The notes under the pieces were generated by a model. It made no database searches and had not been told where the DNA came from. It saw only the letters and a list, made by a program, of their open reading frames with translations. Both the position numbers and the translations under genes were made by a program. Positions 37,913 to 46,453 of a DNA stretch of 64,000 nt are shown piece after piece. How positions within the stretch are numbered: the first letter of the stretch is position 1; every line of letters starts with the position of its first letter. The stretch comes from a virus. Lineage: Duplodnaviria > Caudoviricetes. The DNA is taken from the IMG/VR virus record IMGVR_UViG_3300046715_000123, positions 432 through 64,431 of that record. The stretch is one strand, 5' to 3'.

Positions 37913-38551
37913 TCAGTTCCATCCCCCGAAGAGTCCGGAGCTGAGCTGCGCGTCGCAGATGTTGTACCCGCCGGACGCGTGGCCCTTCTTCGTCTTTCCG
38001 TCGACGGTGACGGAGCAGTTGATTTCTCCGGAGCCCTGCAACTGGGCGGTCACCGTGTAGTACATGGCGTCGTCGTTCAGGGGCAGGGTGGCCTCGAACT
38101 TGCCGTTGGAGAACTTGCCGTCGCGGTTGTCCGAGTCGGAGCCGTAGGTGATGTCGAGGGGTCCGAGTGCGCCAGCGGGGGCGGTGCCCCACACCTTGAA
38201 GGTGACGACCTTCGGCTTCGGCTTCGGCTTCGGCTTGGCGGCCGGCTTGTCGTCGGCCTTCTTCTTGCCGTTGTTGGTGGCGCTGCCCGTGGGCTTGTCG
38301 CTGGTTTCGGGTGCGGTGACGTTGACGTCGCTGGATCCGCCGGCCTGGTCGTCGTTGCTGCTGCCGCTTCCGGCGATGGCGCCGCCGATGGCGATGACGA
38401 CTATCAGGGCGAGGACGCCGAGGCAGCCGAGGCCAACGATCTTTCCGGTGCTGGGCTTCTTCGGCGGCTGCGGCTGGAACGGCGGCTGGCCGTAGGGCTG
38501 CTGGGGTCCGCCCCATCCGGGCTGGGGCTGCTGCGGGTACTGGTTGCTCAT
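37913..38551 (-). CDS. Membrane protein with MmpS-like C-terminal domain
   Basis: Pro/Gln N-terminus, TM, linker, INCSVTVDGK...C. Confidence 0.75.
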   Translation of the reverse strand: MSNQYPQQPQPGWGGPQQPYGQPPFQPQPPKKPSTGKIVGLGCLGVLALIVVIAIGGAIAGSGSSNDDQAGGSSDVNVTAPETSDKPTGSATNNGKKKADDKPAAKPKPKPKPKVVTFKVWGTAPAGALGPLDITYGSDSDNRDGKFSNGKFEATLPLNDDAMYYTVTAQLQGSGEINCSVTVDGKTKKGHASGGYNICDAQLSSGLFGGWN

Positions 38552-38696
38552 GATCCCCCCTGGGGTTCGTGCTGTACGAGTAAAGGACTGGTGAAGGAAC
38601 CGTGCGGTTGCACGTTTCGTGAGGTGATTTCGGCCGCGAAGAGCCCCGGCCGGCGGAGGCCGGGGCCACGGCGTGCGACGAGTCAGACGGCTCCTC

Positions 38697-39173
38697 CTAC
38701 TGCTGGTTGATGTTCTTGGCCCACACGCTGCGGGTGTTGGTGTGGGTCTCCCGGTGGTCCTGGTAGACGGGGCCGGTGTAGTGGTGGTGGATCTCCGGCT
38801 CCGGCTTGGCGCGCTTCGCGAGGCGGGCGAGGGCGAGCACGAGGGCGGTCGGCGCGCCGAACACGAGACCGCACACGACCGGGTCGGCGTACTGCGACGC
38901 GTACATGAGGACGGCCGCACTGAGGCTGACCATGGAGACGGCGCCTCCCCCGGCCAGCATGAGCACGCTCGCATCGGTCGCGCCCTGACTCATCGGCGGC
39001 CGGCCCGGCTGGGCTATGGGCGGGGCGCTGCCGATGACGGCCTTGGGACTCGTGTCGTGCCGCCGGGCCTTGTCGATGGCATTGTCGACGGCGGCCTGAA
39101 TGACCGCGTCGGTGAGCGAGTTGGCCTGCCCAGCCTGGGGGGCGGTGGGCGTCGGCTCGGGCAGAACGGTCAT
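38697..39173 (-). CDS. Two-TM Spd-like membrane protein
   Basis: PPIAQPGRPPMS, two TMs, HHHYTGPVYQD; downstream of traB. Confidence 0.65.
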   Translation of the reverse strand: MTVLPEPTPTAPQAGQANSLTDAVIQAAVDNAIDKARRHDTSPKAVIGSAPPIAQPGRPPMSQGATDASVLMLAGGGAVSMVSLSAAVLMYASQYADPVVCGLVFGAPTALVLALARLAKRAKPEPEIHHHYTGPVYQDHRETHTNTRSVWAKNINQQ

Positions 39174-39194
39174 GGCGGATGGTTCTCCTTCGGG

Positions 39195-39536
39195 TCAGCG
39201 GTACTTGCGGGCGGCGGAGTCGGCGCGACGGACCTTCGCCTTGGCGTCGTTGCGGGCACGGCGGGCGGCAGCCTTCTCCGGGCCCTTCGCCATGCGCAGC
39301 GCGTGCTCGGCCTTGGCGAGTTCGTTCTCTGCGCTCTCGAGCGCGCCGAGCGCGATGCCGGCACTGCGGGCGTACCGCTCCTCAGCCTTCTGGTCGAGGC
39401 GGTCGATACGGTTCTCGATACGGGCGTCGACAGCATGCTCACTGCCGCGCTGCGCGGCCTGACGGCCGCCCTTGACGATGAGCCGGGCACGCTCGAAACG
39501 CTCACCGGCCGTGTACTGACGCGGGTAGTCGGACAT
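39195..39536 (-). CDS. Basic coiled-coil hypothetical protein
   Basis: AAGGAG RBS; Ala/Arg/Glu-rich. Confidence 0.65.
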   Translation of the reverse strand: MSDYPRQYTAGERFERARLIVKGGRQAAQRGSEHAVDARIENRIDRLDQKAEERYARSAGIALGALESAENELAKAEHALRMAKGPEKAAARRARNDAKAKVRRADSAARKYR

Positions 39537-39584
39537 GCGGTTCTCCTTGTCTGGGTGGGGTTCCACGGGCGGGTGCTGCACCCC

Positions 39585-39728
39585 CTCTACCGGCGCTACT
39601 TCGCAGGTCAGGGGCCTCTACCGGGGGTGCTACCGGGGTAAAGGGGCCCCGCTACTTTCGGGCCCCCGGTAGAGGGGTGTTGATGTTGGTCGGGTAGCGG
39701 GGTCGGTAGAGCCGGGGGGCTCTACCGG
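39585..39728. repeat. clt-like repeat cluster downstream of traB
   Basis: CTCTACCGG at 39585, 39616, 39720; inverted at 39666; variants at 39628, 39691, 39703 and GCTACT at 39595, 39651. Confidence 0.72.
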
Positions 39729-41828
39729 TCATGCCGCGGCGAGGTCGTTGAGGAGCTCGACGGGCACGGCGTCCTCGATGTCGCGACGCTGGTAGCCAGC
39801 CCGGTTCTCGCCGTTGATCTTCACTTGCTTGCTGGAGCGGCGGACGCCGGCCTTTTCCAGTTCGGCGGCGAGTTTCTCGGCGTCCCAGTCGCCGTAGGTG
39901 TCCTCGTCGATGCGGACGAGCGCGGCGAGCAGGTCGGTGGTGAACATGCGCACCGAGTGGCGCATCGCTTCGAGGACGTCGGAGATGACCTCGGGCACGG
40001 TGTACCCCTGCTCGGCTGCCGATGAGGTGACGTCGCCGAGCGCGTCGCCGGACAGCTGACCTGCGGCTTTCCGCAGGTCACGGCCCTTTGAGCAGATCTG
40101 CACGAACGCCGGCCCGTCGAGGTAGTCGGCCTTGACGGTGACGAACGAGGCCGGGCCGGTGACCAGGACACCGACACCCATGTGATCCTCGGACAGCACC
40201 GAGGCGTCGGCGCCCTGCGAGGCCTTGCCCTTGCCCAGCACCATGTCTGAGCTGGTCTGGTCGACGACCTGCGTCGAGTACCTGATGGTGATGATCTCGC
40301 GGAGCTTCGTCGGGACGCTGTCGGCGTCGGGGCGCTGGCTGGCGAAGTTGGAGATGAACCCGGCCGCCGGGCCGCGGCGGGCGATGCGGCACAGGTCGTT
40401 GATGACCTGATCCTTTTCGTCCTTCTCCATCGCCGTCAGGTACTCCTGCAGCTCGTCGATGGTGACGAAGATGAACGGCAGCTTGTACTTGACCTGCAGT
40501 TCCTTCGTCAGCTTGCCCTGCGGGCACAGCGAGGTGGGCAGGCTGCGGAAGAGGGCGAAGCGGCGTTCCATCTCCGCGAGGAGCTCCTTGAGCATGGCCT
40601 TCAGGGCGTCAATGGCGTCATCCTCGGCGCCCATGACCATGCGGTGGGCGACCGCCCGCATCGGCATCCAGTCGGCGCCGCCCTTGCCGTCGGCGACGTA
40701 GTGCCGCACCCACGGGTCGAGGATTCCCGCAGCTGAGAGCAGCCGCTGGCTGAACGTCTTGCCGCGGCGGGGCAGTCCGCCGAAGAACATCGACTGCCAG
40801 ATGATGGGCAGGGTGATCCGGTTCCCGCGGGCCTCGTGACCGAACGGGATCGGGTCCCACACGTCGAACTTTTCGGCTTTGACCAGCGGCGATACCACCG
40901 GCTCGGCCAGGTACGGGTCGTCGTCGGCAACCCACATGGAGACGCGGCCGGCGTGTCCGCCCTTGGCGGCGCGGACGCGGGACATGATGACCTGGATCTC
41001 GTCGACGCCGAGCTCGGCGGCGATCGAGGTGCGCTTGGCGAGGACGTCGGCTGCGGTCTTGCCGCCGCCGCGGGGCAGGTCGAACAGCACTGACCAGCCG
41101 TTTCCGTCACGGAGGGGCCCCATGATGCAGTTGACCTTGGGCCCTTCGTCGTCGCCCTTGCCCTGCTTGAGGAGACCGACTGCGCGCAGGGAGTCGTTGA
41201 GCTGCTGCGCGTCCATGGCGATCCGCAGGGGCGGCGTGCCGTGGTCGAGGATCTGCGCCTCGTCGGACCAGCCGATCGCGGTCAGGCCTGCGCAGACCAT
41301 GCAGCCGACGGCGAGTTGGAGGCCGAGGCTGGCGAAGGAGAGGGCGACCGCGCCGGCACCGAAGAACAGGGCTGCGGTTCCCCAGCGCCACCTGCGGGCT
41401 TCGGTGCGGGCCCGGTGGGCGATCTGGTAGCGAAGGGCGAGGTCGACGTCCTCGGGCTTGGCCTTGGACTGGGCGCGCAGTGCTTTGACGGTCCGGGTGT
41501 GGTCCTGAGCTGCGAGAACGGGCCACAGCTTGCGGCTGCCGCGGAACGCGCCGCGCGTCGAATACCCGGCGATCTTGACGGCGTACTTGGGGCTGCGGAT
41601 GCCGTGGTAGCGGGCGTGCCACCAGCCGACCTTCCACAGGGCGGCGTGATTGGCCTTGACGGACGCCCAGTTGCGAGCCCACGCGGGCAGGACGGGGGTA
41701 TCGGGGACGGTGAGCCAGTCGGCGAGCGCGTTGTCGGCCCGGTCGACGGCCTCGACGACTTCCTCGGCCGCTGCGATGACGGCCTCGTCGTTCTTGGTGA
41801 TGCTGATCGGTTCGGTCGTGGTGGTCAT
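39729..41828 (-). CDS. traB: TraB-like FtsK/SpoIIIE conjugative DNA translocase
   Basis: N-terminal TMs, Walker A GLPRRGKT, DGKGG, Walker B VTIDELQE, RRGPAAG, SQRP, C-terminal winged-helix-like domain. Confidence 0.88.
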   Translation of the reverse strand: MTTTTEPISITKNDEAVIAAAEEVVEAVDRADNALADWLTVPDTPVLPAWARNWASVKANHAALWKVGWWHARYHGIRSPKYAVKIAGYSTRGAFRGSRKLWPVLAAQDHTRTVKALRAQSKAKPEDVDLALRYQIAHRARTEARRWRWGTAALFFGAGAVALSFASLGLQLAVGCMVCAGLTAIGWSDEAQILDHGTPPLRIAMDAQQLNDSLRAVGLLKQGKGDDEGPKVNCIMGPLRDGNGWSVLFDLPRGGGKTAADVLAKRTSIAAELGVDEIQVIMSRVRAAKGGHAGRVSMWVADDDPYLAEPVVSPLVKAEKFDVWDPIPFGHEARGNRITLPIIWQSMFFGGLPRRGKTFSQRLLSAAGILDPWVRHYVADGKGGADWMPMRAVAHRMVMGAEDDAIDALKAMLKELLAEMERRFALFRSLPTSLCPQGKLTKELQVKYKLPFIFVTIDELQEYLTAMEKDEKDQVINDLCRIARRGPAAGFISNFASQRPDADSVPTKLREIITIRYSTQVVDQTSSDMVLGKGKASQGADASVLSEDHMGVGVLVTGPASFVTVKADYLDGPAFVQICSKGRDLRKAAGQLSGDALGDVTSSAAEQGYTVPEVISDVLEAMRHSVRMFTTDLLAALVRIDEDTYGDWDAEKLAAELEKAGVRRSSKQVKINGENRAGYQRRDIEDAVPVELLNDLAAA

Positions 41829-41831
41829 GGG

Positions 41832-42857
41832 TCAGCTCCCCGGGAGTGCGCGGACGTTGTCGGAGCCGAGTCCGGCGAGCTTGGGCTCGTCTTTCTCGAT
41901 GGCGTCTCGGACGCGCTGGCAGGTGGCGCGGGAGACGGTCTTTTCGGCGAGCCGTGCGGCGACGAGCGCGTCACGGATCTCGGTCCATTCGGGTCGCTGG
42001 CCGAGCTCGTCGTAGAGGGCGCGGACGCGCTCACGGCGGCGGTCGGTTACGGAGGTGGGCGCGCTCTTCTTCGGCTTCGTCTGAGCGCGCTCACGGCGCT
42101 CACGAACGGGCTTGGCGGGGCGCTCAGGTGCGCGCTCATTCGGGCGCTCAGTGGCGGGCTCCTGAGCGCGCTCACCGGCGCTCGCTGTGAGCGCCTTCCG
42201 CTCCTCCTGCGGGCGCTCACTGACGCGCTCAACTTCGACGCTCACGGGCGCCTCGCGACGCTCATCACGTCGCCGCCCCCGGCGCTCCTTGGCGGCTTTC
42301 GGTGGGGCGGTCATGAGGTGGACGCGCCACAGGATGAGGGAGGCGACGGAGGCGACCATGGCGATCAGCCACCACGTCGGCTTGGCGGTCGGGGTGAGCC
42401 CGAACAGGCGGGCGTCGGCAAGGTGGTAGGCGACGTTCGCCGTGATCGTCAGGGTGATCGCCTGCACGATGTCGCGGTGCCGCCGGAAGGCCTGGATGAC
42501 GTACACGTCGATGACGAACGGCAGCAGCCAGGCCACTGTGGCGTCGAAGCCGACCATGCGGGCGAGCGCGTACTCGCCGGACGCGGTGAGGCCGACGGTG
42601 CCGGCGATGATGGCGCGGGCCGCCCACGTGTCGAGGTTGTCGTCGCGCTGCTGCCGCACCTCCGCCTCGGCACGGGCCGCGGTACGGATGCGGTCAGCCT
42701 CCGATCGGGCGTCGGCGACGATCCGCTCCGCCTTGACGCCAGACTCGGCGTGCATTTTGTTGGCCTGGGCGAGGAGGGCTTCGGCTTCGGCGCGCGCCGC
42801 GACCGTCCGCTCGTCGCGGATCGGGAGCGGCTGGAAGGCACCCGGGTCGATGCTCAC
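41832..42857 (-). CDS. SpdB/SpdA-like multi-TM protein with C-terminal HTH
   Basis: Coiled coil, ~4 TMs (EYALARMVGF...AWLLPFVIDVY), charged linker, C-terminal helix pair; directly upstream of traB. Confidence 0.68.
   Translation of the reverse strand: MSIDPGAFQPLPIRDERTVAARAEAEALLAQANKMHAESGVKAERIVADARSEADRIRTAARAEAEVRQQRDDNLDTWAARAIIAGTVGLTASGEYALARMVGFDATVAWLLPFVIDVYVIQAFRRHRDIVQAITLTITANVAYHLADARLFGLTPTAKPTWWLIAMVASVASLILWRVHLMTAPPKAAKERRGRRRDERREAPVSVEVERVSERPQEERKALTASAGERAQEPATERPNERAPERPAKPVRERRERAQTKPKKSAPTSVTDRRRERVRALYDELGQRPEWTEIRDALVAARLAEKTVSRATCQRVRDAIEKDEPKLAGLGSDNVRALPGS
42027..42264. repeat. Intragenic GCGCTCA/TGAGCGC repeat array
   Basis: 9 GCGCTCA, 3 TGAGCGC, two perfect TGAGCGCGCTCA palindromes (42082, 42163). 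Confidence 0.75.
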
Positions 42858-43063
42858 GCGATCCTCCGGTTGCGGTACAGGTGCACGCCGAGCCAGGCGG
42901 CAAGCAGGAGTTGGACGGCGGTCTGGGCGAGGAGCACGGCAGCACCGTGCAGGACGAGCCCGAACACGGCCCACAGCAGCGAGCCGAGCGCGTCGGCGAC
43001 CGACGGGCAGACGCCGACGAGGATGAGGAAGCCTGCGATGAGCAGGCCGAGGAGCACACGCAT
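42854..43063 (-). CDS. Small hydrophobic membrane protein (Spd-like)
   Basis: 69 aa, almost entirely hydrophobic; coupled to next gene. Confidence 0.7.
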   Translation of the reverse strand: MRVLLGLLIAGFLILVGVCPSVADALGSLLWAVFGLVLHGAAVLLAQTAVQLLLAAWLGVHLYRNRRIA

Positions 43064-43175
43064 CGCGGGCTCTCCCTTCGATGGGGCGGTCAGTGGGTTG
43101 GTGCTGCGCCGGTTCTCCTTGGCGCCCGGTGGGGGACGGGCGCCGCGGGCAGCCGGTCAGCGGCGCCCGGCTTGG

Positions 43176-43406
43176 TCAGCGGACGCGTCGGATGGTGGAC
43201 GTGACTCGTCCGCCTTTCAGGTGCGGCAAGCGGCTGATGATCGCGCCGATGACTTCCTTCTCGATCTCCTTGGCCGTGAAGTTGCGGCTTCGGGTGGAGA
43301 CCACGTCCTTGTACTCGGCGAACTCCCCCCTCTTTTCGATGCGGACGTGCGCATGCCAGGTGCTGCCCATGGCGCTGTTGTTGGTCTTGCGGCTGAACAG
43401 GCCCAT
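43176..43406 (-). CDS. Hypothetical protein
   Basis: MGLFSRK...; GAGGAG RBS. Confidence 0.6.
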   Translation of the reverse strand: MGLFSRKTNNSAMGSTWHAHVRIEKRGEFAEYKDVVSTRSRNFTAKEIEKEVIGAIISRLPHLKGGRVTSTIRRVR

Positions 43407-43511
43407 GTCGTCGGGCTCCTCTCGGGTTGTGGGTTGGGTTGGTGCGTCTGGTGGCCGTGACGGCGAGTCCGCGGGGGTGTGGATTCCTCGCCGCCACGGC
43501 GGCTCTTGGGG

Positions 43512-43706
43512 CTAAGCGACGTCGTCGAGGACGGGCGGCTCGCCGGGGTTGCGCAGGTCGTACTCGGCGGCGAGGCGCTTGATGCGCCGCATGGCGATCT
43601 CGTCGCCCGAGTCGAGAGCGATCTCGTAGCTGGTCTGCAGGTCGAGACGGGCACGCTGCGCGGCCTCGTAGACGTCCAGAGCGTCGGCAATCAGGTACAG
43701 CGGCAT
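43512..43706 (-). CDS. Hypothetical protein
   Basis: GAGGA RBS; acidic 64 aa. Confidence 0.6.
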   Translation of the reverse strand: MPLYLIADALDVYEAAQRARLDLQTSYEIALDSGDEIAMRRIKRLAAEYDLRNPGEPPVLDDVA

Positions 43707-43876
43707 GGAAGTGGTTCCTCACTGGTCAGGTGGGACGGGTTGGGGGTGGCCGCGGGGCGTGACGGGGGGGTTGTCGGATCGCCCCGCGGCCGGTCTAGGG
43801 GGTTACTTCGGGCGGGACTCGGACCGCTTGTTGACGGTGGCGAGCTTCCGATGCAGGGCGTCACGCTCGGCATCAG

Positions 43877-44125
43877 TCACGACTGCTCACCCCACGCCCG
43901 GTAGCCGGTGGGCGGGTGCTCGGCGAGCCGCTCCCGCAGGTAGTCGGTGTCCCACTCGATGCCGGGCGGGCGTTCCTCCAGTGCGCCACGGAGAGCGATC
44001 TTCGCGTGCGTGACGCGCTCGAGCAGGATCCGGTCGTGGACCTCGCCGTCGCCGACCGTGGCCGGCGCCGGGATGTCGAGGGCTTCCAGGACGGCCTGCA
44101 GCAGCTCGCGCTCGGCCGTGGTCAC
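43877..44125 (-). CDS. Hypothetical protein
   Basis: LLQAVLEALDIPAPATVGD...YLRERLAEHPPTGY. Confidence 0.65.
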   Translation of the reverse strand: MTTAERELLQAVLEALDIPAPATVGDGEVHDRILLERVTHAKIALRGALEERPPGIEWDTDYLRERLAEHPPTGYRAWGEQS

Positions 44126-44364
44126 GACGTGGCCTCGACGATCACGAGGAACGTGTCCGACGCGAGGTCCATGACGACGTGGGCGGGGATGCCCTCACGG
44201 CGACGGTCGGCCGCGTACTCCTCCGCCGGCCAGGAGCCGCGCGGGCCACCCGCCTGGAAGCGCTCCAGGATCGTGCGCTGCGGGCGCGGGGCCGGCGGGG
44301 CGGTCCGGACGAAGGACGCGGCGGCGTGGGCGGCGGCGTCCAGAGCCTCGAGGGTCGTGCTCAC
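44122..44364 (-). CDS. Hypothetical protein
   Basis: ERFQAGGPRGSWPAEEYAA...VVMDLASDTFLV; coupled. Confidence 0.6.
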   Translation of the reverse strand: MSTTLEALDAAAHAAASFVRTAPPAPRPQRTILERFQAGGPRGSWPAEEYAADRRREGIPAHVVMDLASDTFLVIVEATS

Positions 44365-44756
44365 CGTGTCACCGCCGCTTCCCGGATGACGCCCGCGTAG
44401 GTGGTGGCCTCCGCGATCATCCGATCGATGTGGCAGTCGACGTGGTCGCCGAGCTGGTCGGTGAGGATCCACTGCCCGGGCGTGTACGGGTCGACCTGGT
44501 CGGGGTCCGTCTCGGCGGGGGTGGGCAGGCGGAACGAGTCGACCGCGAACCGGAAATAGCCGTCGGGCTGCTCGGTGGCGACCGTCAGCACGGTGCCGGT
44601 ACGGACCACCCGCAGGATGCGGGCGCCGGCCGGGGTGCCGATGGTGGCAAGCGCGCGGCGGGCGATGGACTCCCGGAGCTGACTCATGCGAGCCGCCGAC
44701 GAAACGGGGGCGGTCTCGGTGCGCACCAGCGCAGCCTTAAGATCTGTCGTAGCCAC
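44361..44756 (-). CDS. Hypothetical protein, first gene of transfer-module operon
   Basis: GAGGAG RBS; coupled chain leading toward traB. Confidence 0.6.
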   Translation of the reverse strand: MATTDLKAALVRTETAPVSSAARMSQLRESIARRALATIGTPAGARILRVVRTGTVLTVATEQPDGYFRFAVDSFRLPTPAETDPDQVDPYTPGQWILTDQLGDHVDCHIDRMIAEATTYAGVIREAAVTR

Positions 44757-44888
44757 AGGGTCTCCTCGTTAGAACCTGGTGGTCAGGCCCTGGCCAGGGA
44801 GTGGAGTCCCTGAGCTGGGGCCGTCTTCGTTTGTGGGTGCTGGTGGAGCAGCACAGCTGTCCCATTCGGACCGGTGGAGCGGCCCTGA

Positions 44889-44935
44889 GTGGCACTCCAC
44901 TAAAGTAGCGCCATCCCTAGACCGTGGCAATCCAC
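44889..44935. promoter_or_regulatory. Operator pair in divergent promoter
   Basis: GTGGCACTCCAC (44889) and GTGGCAATCCAC (44924), dyad GTGG-N4-CCAC. Confidence 0.55.
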
Positions 44936-44952
44936 TGTGGGATTCTTTCTTC

Positions 44953-45135
44953 ATGCCAGCCGGAATCCACCTCAAGAGAGCCCGCACGTACCGCCCTGAC
45001 CCGGAGCTGTACGAGCGCGCCCAAGATGCCGTGAAAGCGGTGGACTCCACCATGAACGACCACATCAACGCGTTCCTGCGCTGGCTCGTGCGCGACACAG
45101 ACGAGCTGCCGGAGCGGCCGGCCAAGCCGGAATGA
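44953..45135 (+). CDS. Ribbon-helix-helix-like repressor
   Basis: RARTYRPDPELYERAQDAVKAVDSTMNDHINAFLRW; divergent from transfer operon. Confidence 0.65.
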   Translation: MPAGIHLKRARTYRPDPELYERAQDAVKAVDSTMNDHINAFLRWLVRDTDELPERPAKPE

Positions 45136-45311
45136 CCTCGGGCAGCGACCGGGGGAAACCTCATGCCGTCCAGCCAACGCCTCGCGCGCGCACGGCAGAA
45201 GGACACTCCCCCGACACCGATCAGCCAGACGATCAGTAGCCAGACACCGCGGCGACACCAGGTCGCCGTCAGCACGCCAGACCCGAGCGCAACGAGCACG
45301 GGAGCCTCATT

Positions 45312-45950
45312 GTGGACGTCGTCGGCACATGGACCGGCCGATCAGCGTGCCTCCTCCAGGAGGCCATGCGGATGACGAACGAGGCGTTCGGTGAACGCCT
45401 CGGAATCTCCCCGCGCACCATCACCCGCTGGCACAGCGCCCCCGGGATGATCCACCGAACCGAGGTCCAGCAGATCCTCGACACGGCATACGAACAGGCG
45501 GGTGAGACGGTGCAGCGACGGTTCGCACTCCTGCTGCGCCCACCCGCCCCTCGCATGGAGGCGCAGGCCCTCAGGGTGGCGATAGCGGTCGTGGTGCGGG
45601 GCGATGACGTCCTGCTGGTGTGCCGGCGCGGGGATGGCGAGATCCGCTGGCAGTTCCCGGCCGGCATGGTCAAGCCGGGCTCCGACCCGTCGACGGTCGC
45701 CGTTCAGGAAACCCACGGGGAAACCGGGGTGCACTGCACGATCCGCGAGCAGTTGGGCGAGCGCGTCCACCCGGTGACCGGTGTCGTCGCCTCGTACTAC
45801 CTGGCCGATCACCTCGCCGGGGAGGCCGCGAACTTGGATCCGCTGGAGAACGTCGACGTCACCTGGGCGCCGCGCACTGCCCTCACCCGCTTCATCCCGC
45901 ACGACCAGATCTACCCGCCCATCCTGAACGCCTTGGAGGCTGCCGCATGA
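45312..45950 (+). CDS. XRE-HTH/NUDIX fusion protein (degenerate Nudix box)
   Basis: MTNEAFGERLGISPRTITRW plus WQFPAGMVKPGSDPSTVAVQETHGETG. Confidence 0.8.
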   Translation: MDVVGTWTGRSACLLQEAMRMTNEAFGERLGISPRTITRWHSAPGMIHRTEVQQILDTAYEQAGETVQRRFALLLRPPAPRMEAQALRVAIAVVVRGDDVLLVCRRGDGEIRWQFPAGMVKPGSDPSTVAVQETHGETGVHCTIREQLGERVHPVTGVVASYYLADHLAGEAANLDPLENVDVTWAPRTALTRFIPHDQIYPPILNALEAAA

Positions 45951-46357
45951 CCGAGACGACCACCGAGAAGCCCGGCATCTCCGCCGCGATCATCGTGTCC
46001 GAAGGGCGGGTGCTGATGGTCCGCCGCGCCGTGTCCGAGGGCGAGCTGATGTGGCAGTTCCCCGCTGGCGCAATCGAGGCCGACGAGGGCGCCGAGGACG
46101 CGGCAGTCCGGGAGACGCTCGAGGAAACTGCGCTGACCGTGAAGGCGGTGCGCCTGCTCGGCGAGCGCATCCACCCGAAGACCGGCCGGGCGATGTCGTA
46201 CACGGCGTGCGAGGTCGTCGACGGCGAGGCCCGGGTCGCGGACGACGACGAGCTGGACGCGGTCGCCTGGGTGGCGCACGGCGAGCTCGCCGAGTACGTG
46301 CCCTACGGCCTGTTCGGTCCGGTCCAGGAGTACCTCGACGGCGTGCTCCCTCACTGA
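45947..46357 (+). CDS. NUDIX hydrolase (Pif-like position)
   Basis: WQFPAGAIEADEGAEDAAVRETLEETAL; ATGA overlap. Confidence 0.88.
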   Translation: MTETTTEKPGISAAIIVSEGRVLMVRRAVSEGELMWQFPAGAIEADEGAEDAAVRETLEETALTVKAVRLLGERIHPKTGRAMSYTACEVVDGEARVADDDELDAVAWVAHGELAEYVPYGLFGPVQEYLDGVLPH

Positions 46358-46453
46358 AATGCGAACGGCCCGGTGCGCTAACACCGGGCCGATTCAACCA
46401 GCGAGCGCTAACTCGCTGATCTTCAACCGTCACTCGCCAGAGAGAAGGTCTCG

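Noticed and set aside
38211-38236. TTCGGC tandem repeat
   Set aside because: Encodes a KPKPKP linker in a membrane protein; ordinary low complexity.
39585-39728. Possible CRISPR or mini-array
   Set aside because: Repeats are about 9 bp, irregularly spaced and in both orientations; no cas genes; better explained as clt-like.
41241-43460. Long plus-strand ORFs (also 6912-8645, 18465-20786, 47657-49648, 86-739)
   Set aside because: Antisense shadows of real minus-strand genes; high GC suppresses stops and the translations have no recognisable motifs.
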